From assembly GCA_965655095.1 (NCBI GenBank), contig OZ296657.1, forward strand, positions 60,140,001 through 60,204,000: 64,000 nucleotides of DNA, in the 5' to 3' direction. This document shows positions 63,250 through 64,000 of the stretch, one piece after another. The stretch comes from Haplodiscus bocki (Eukaryota). Within the stretch, counting starts at the first letter, position 1. The number at the start of each line of letters is the position of its first letter. The notes below the pieces were generated by a model. It ran no database searches. It saw only the letters and a program-made list of their open reading frames with translations, and had not been told where the DNA came from. Both the position numbers and the translations under genes were made by a program.

Positions 63250-64000
63250 TAGAAATGATTTTCGGAGACTTTTTTGAAAATCAAAACAAGACGAGTGATA
63301 CCGACAGATACAAAGAGTATTTTTCACCGCTCGTGTCTCTCAAGTAATTGTTAATACTATGAAAAAGGTTTTGAGCAGCGGTCTGAGTTGCATGTTGCTA
63401 AATGTCTGACAGTTGACGTACTGTCCCATAGTTATAAAGTCTCCAGCGTTGGGATTCGACATCGAAGGAAAGCAACGCAGCAAAGGAGCCTTCGTGTCAC
63501 CAACGATATTGTACCAAATCAGGTCCGTGTATATCATGAGAGAGTGTATGCGGATAATGTCGTAAGCAAAATCTAGTTTATGAGGTCATTTTCTTCTCAA
63601 CATTTCTCCGAATACATTACTAACATTACCTCCGAAAATTTGTCCCAGATCCGTACTAAGGAAAGCAAGACCAGAAACTTCAACTGCAAGGAAAATGTCA
63701 ACTTTTTGCGTTCTTCGAGACACTTTAACTGTGATACAAGTTTCGCTTTGATTGTGTTATTCTTGCATGAAAGTGTTCATGGTTTCAACAAAATCCATAA
63801 TGGAAGGATAAAGAGCAGGTTTCAGATAGCAGAATTGTGACGAAGTTGAAAGTTTTTTATCAAAAAACATATATTTTCCCTCCGAGACTTTTTGGTATGA
63901 TGATGGGTAGGATATTTCCGAAATTGCAAGTTCCCATTGACCTTCCTGATTCAGTTGCTCTGGTATAAAATTTGCAAAAGAGCTCAATGTATTGTCTGGA
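63250..64000 (-). pseudogene. Polinton minor capsid protein (penton-like), 5' end outside the window
   Basis: PDNTLSSFANFIPEQLNQEGQWELAISEISYP and LMIYTDLIWYNIVGDTKAPLLRCF, with internal stops. Confidence 0.82.

Larger units (their letters stand above)
60322..64000 (-). mobile_element. Polinton/Maverick (adintovirus-type) element: one terminus and virion module, continuing beyond the window
   Basis: AGTAGT terminus, subterminal tandem repeats, then co-oriented protease, major capsid, pX and minor capsid genes. Confidence 0.88.

Overview
AT-rich, repeat-dense eukaryotic (invertebrate animal) genomic DNA with a 200-N scaffold gap at 37756-37955. I see no prokaryotic operons, rRNA or CRISPR. 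Most of the window is nested mobile DNA. (i) A decayed Ty3/Gypsy LTR retrotransposon (minus strand, ~1.6-9.76 kb) plus two more LTRs of the same family; in this family the gag ORF starts inside the LTR. (ii) Two copies of an unclassified dispersed element with conserved unique arms around a cryptic, highly diverged ~177-bp tandem array (roughly 39 versus 10 units). (iii) A Helitron-like minisatellite element. (iv) A Mutator/foldback-like element (9-bp TSD) with a CACTA-like element (TA TSD) nested in it. (v) A nearly intact CR1/L2-group LINE with one nonsense codon in ORF2. (vi) One end of a Polinton/Maverick (adintovirus-type) element: AGTAGT terminus, subterminal repeats and a decayed protease-major capsid-pX-minor capsid module. 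There are also probable remnants of a second Polinton-like family. Between these lie minus-strand exons, some intact and some disabled, encoding fibronectin type III repeats and an F-type lectin domain. All protein and family assignments come from motif recognition by eye, not database searches. The repeat families resemble those I recall from acoel genomes, but that is unverified.
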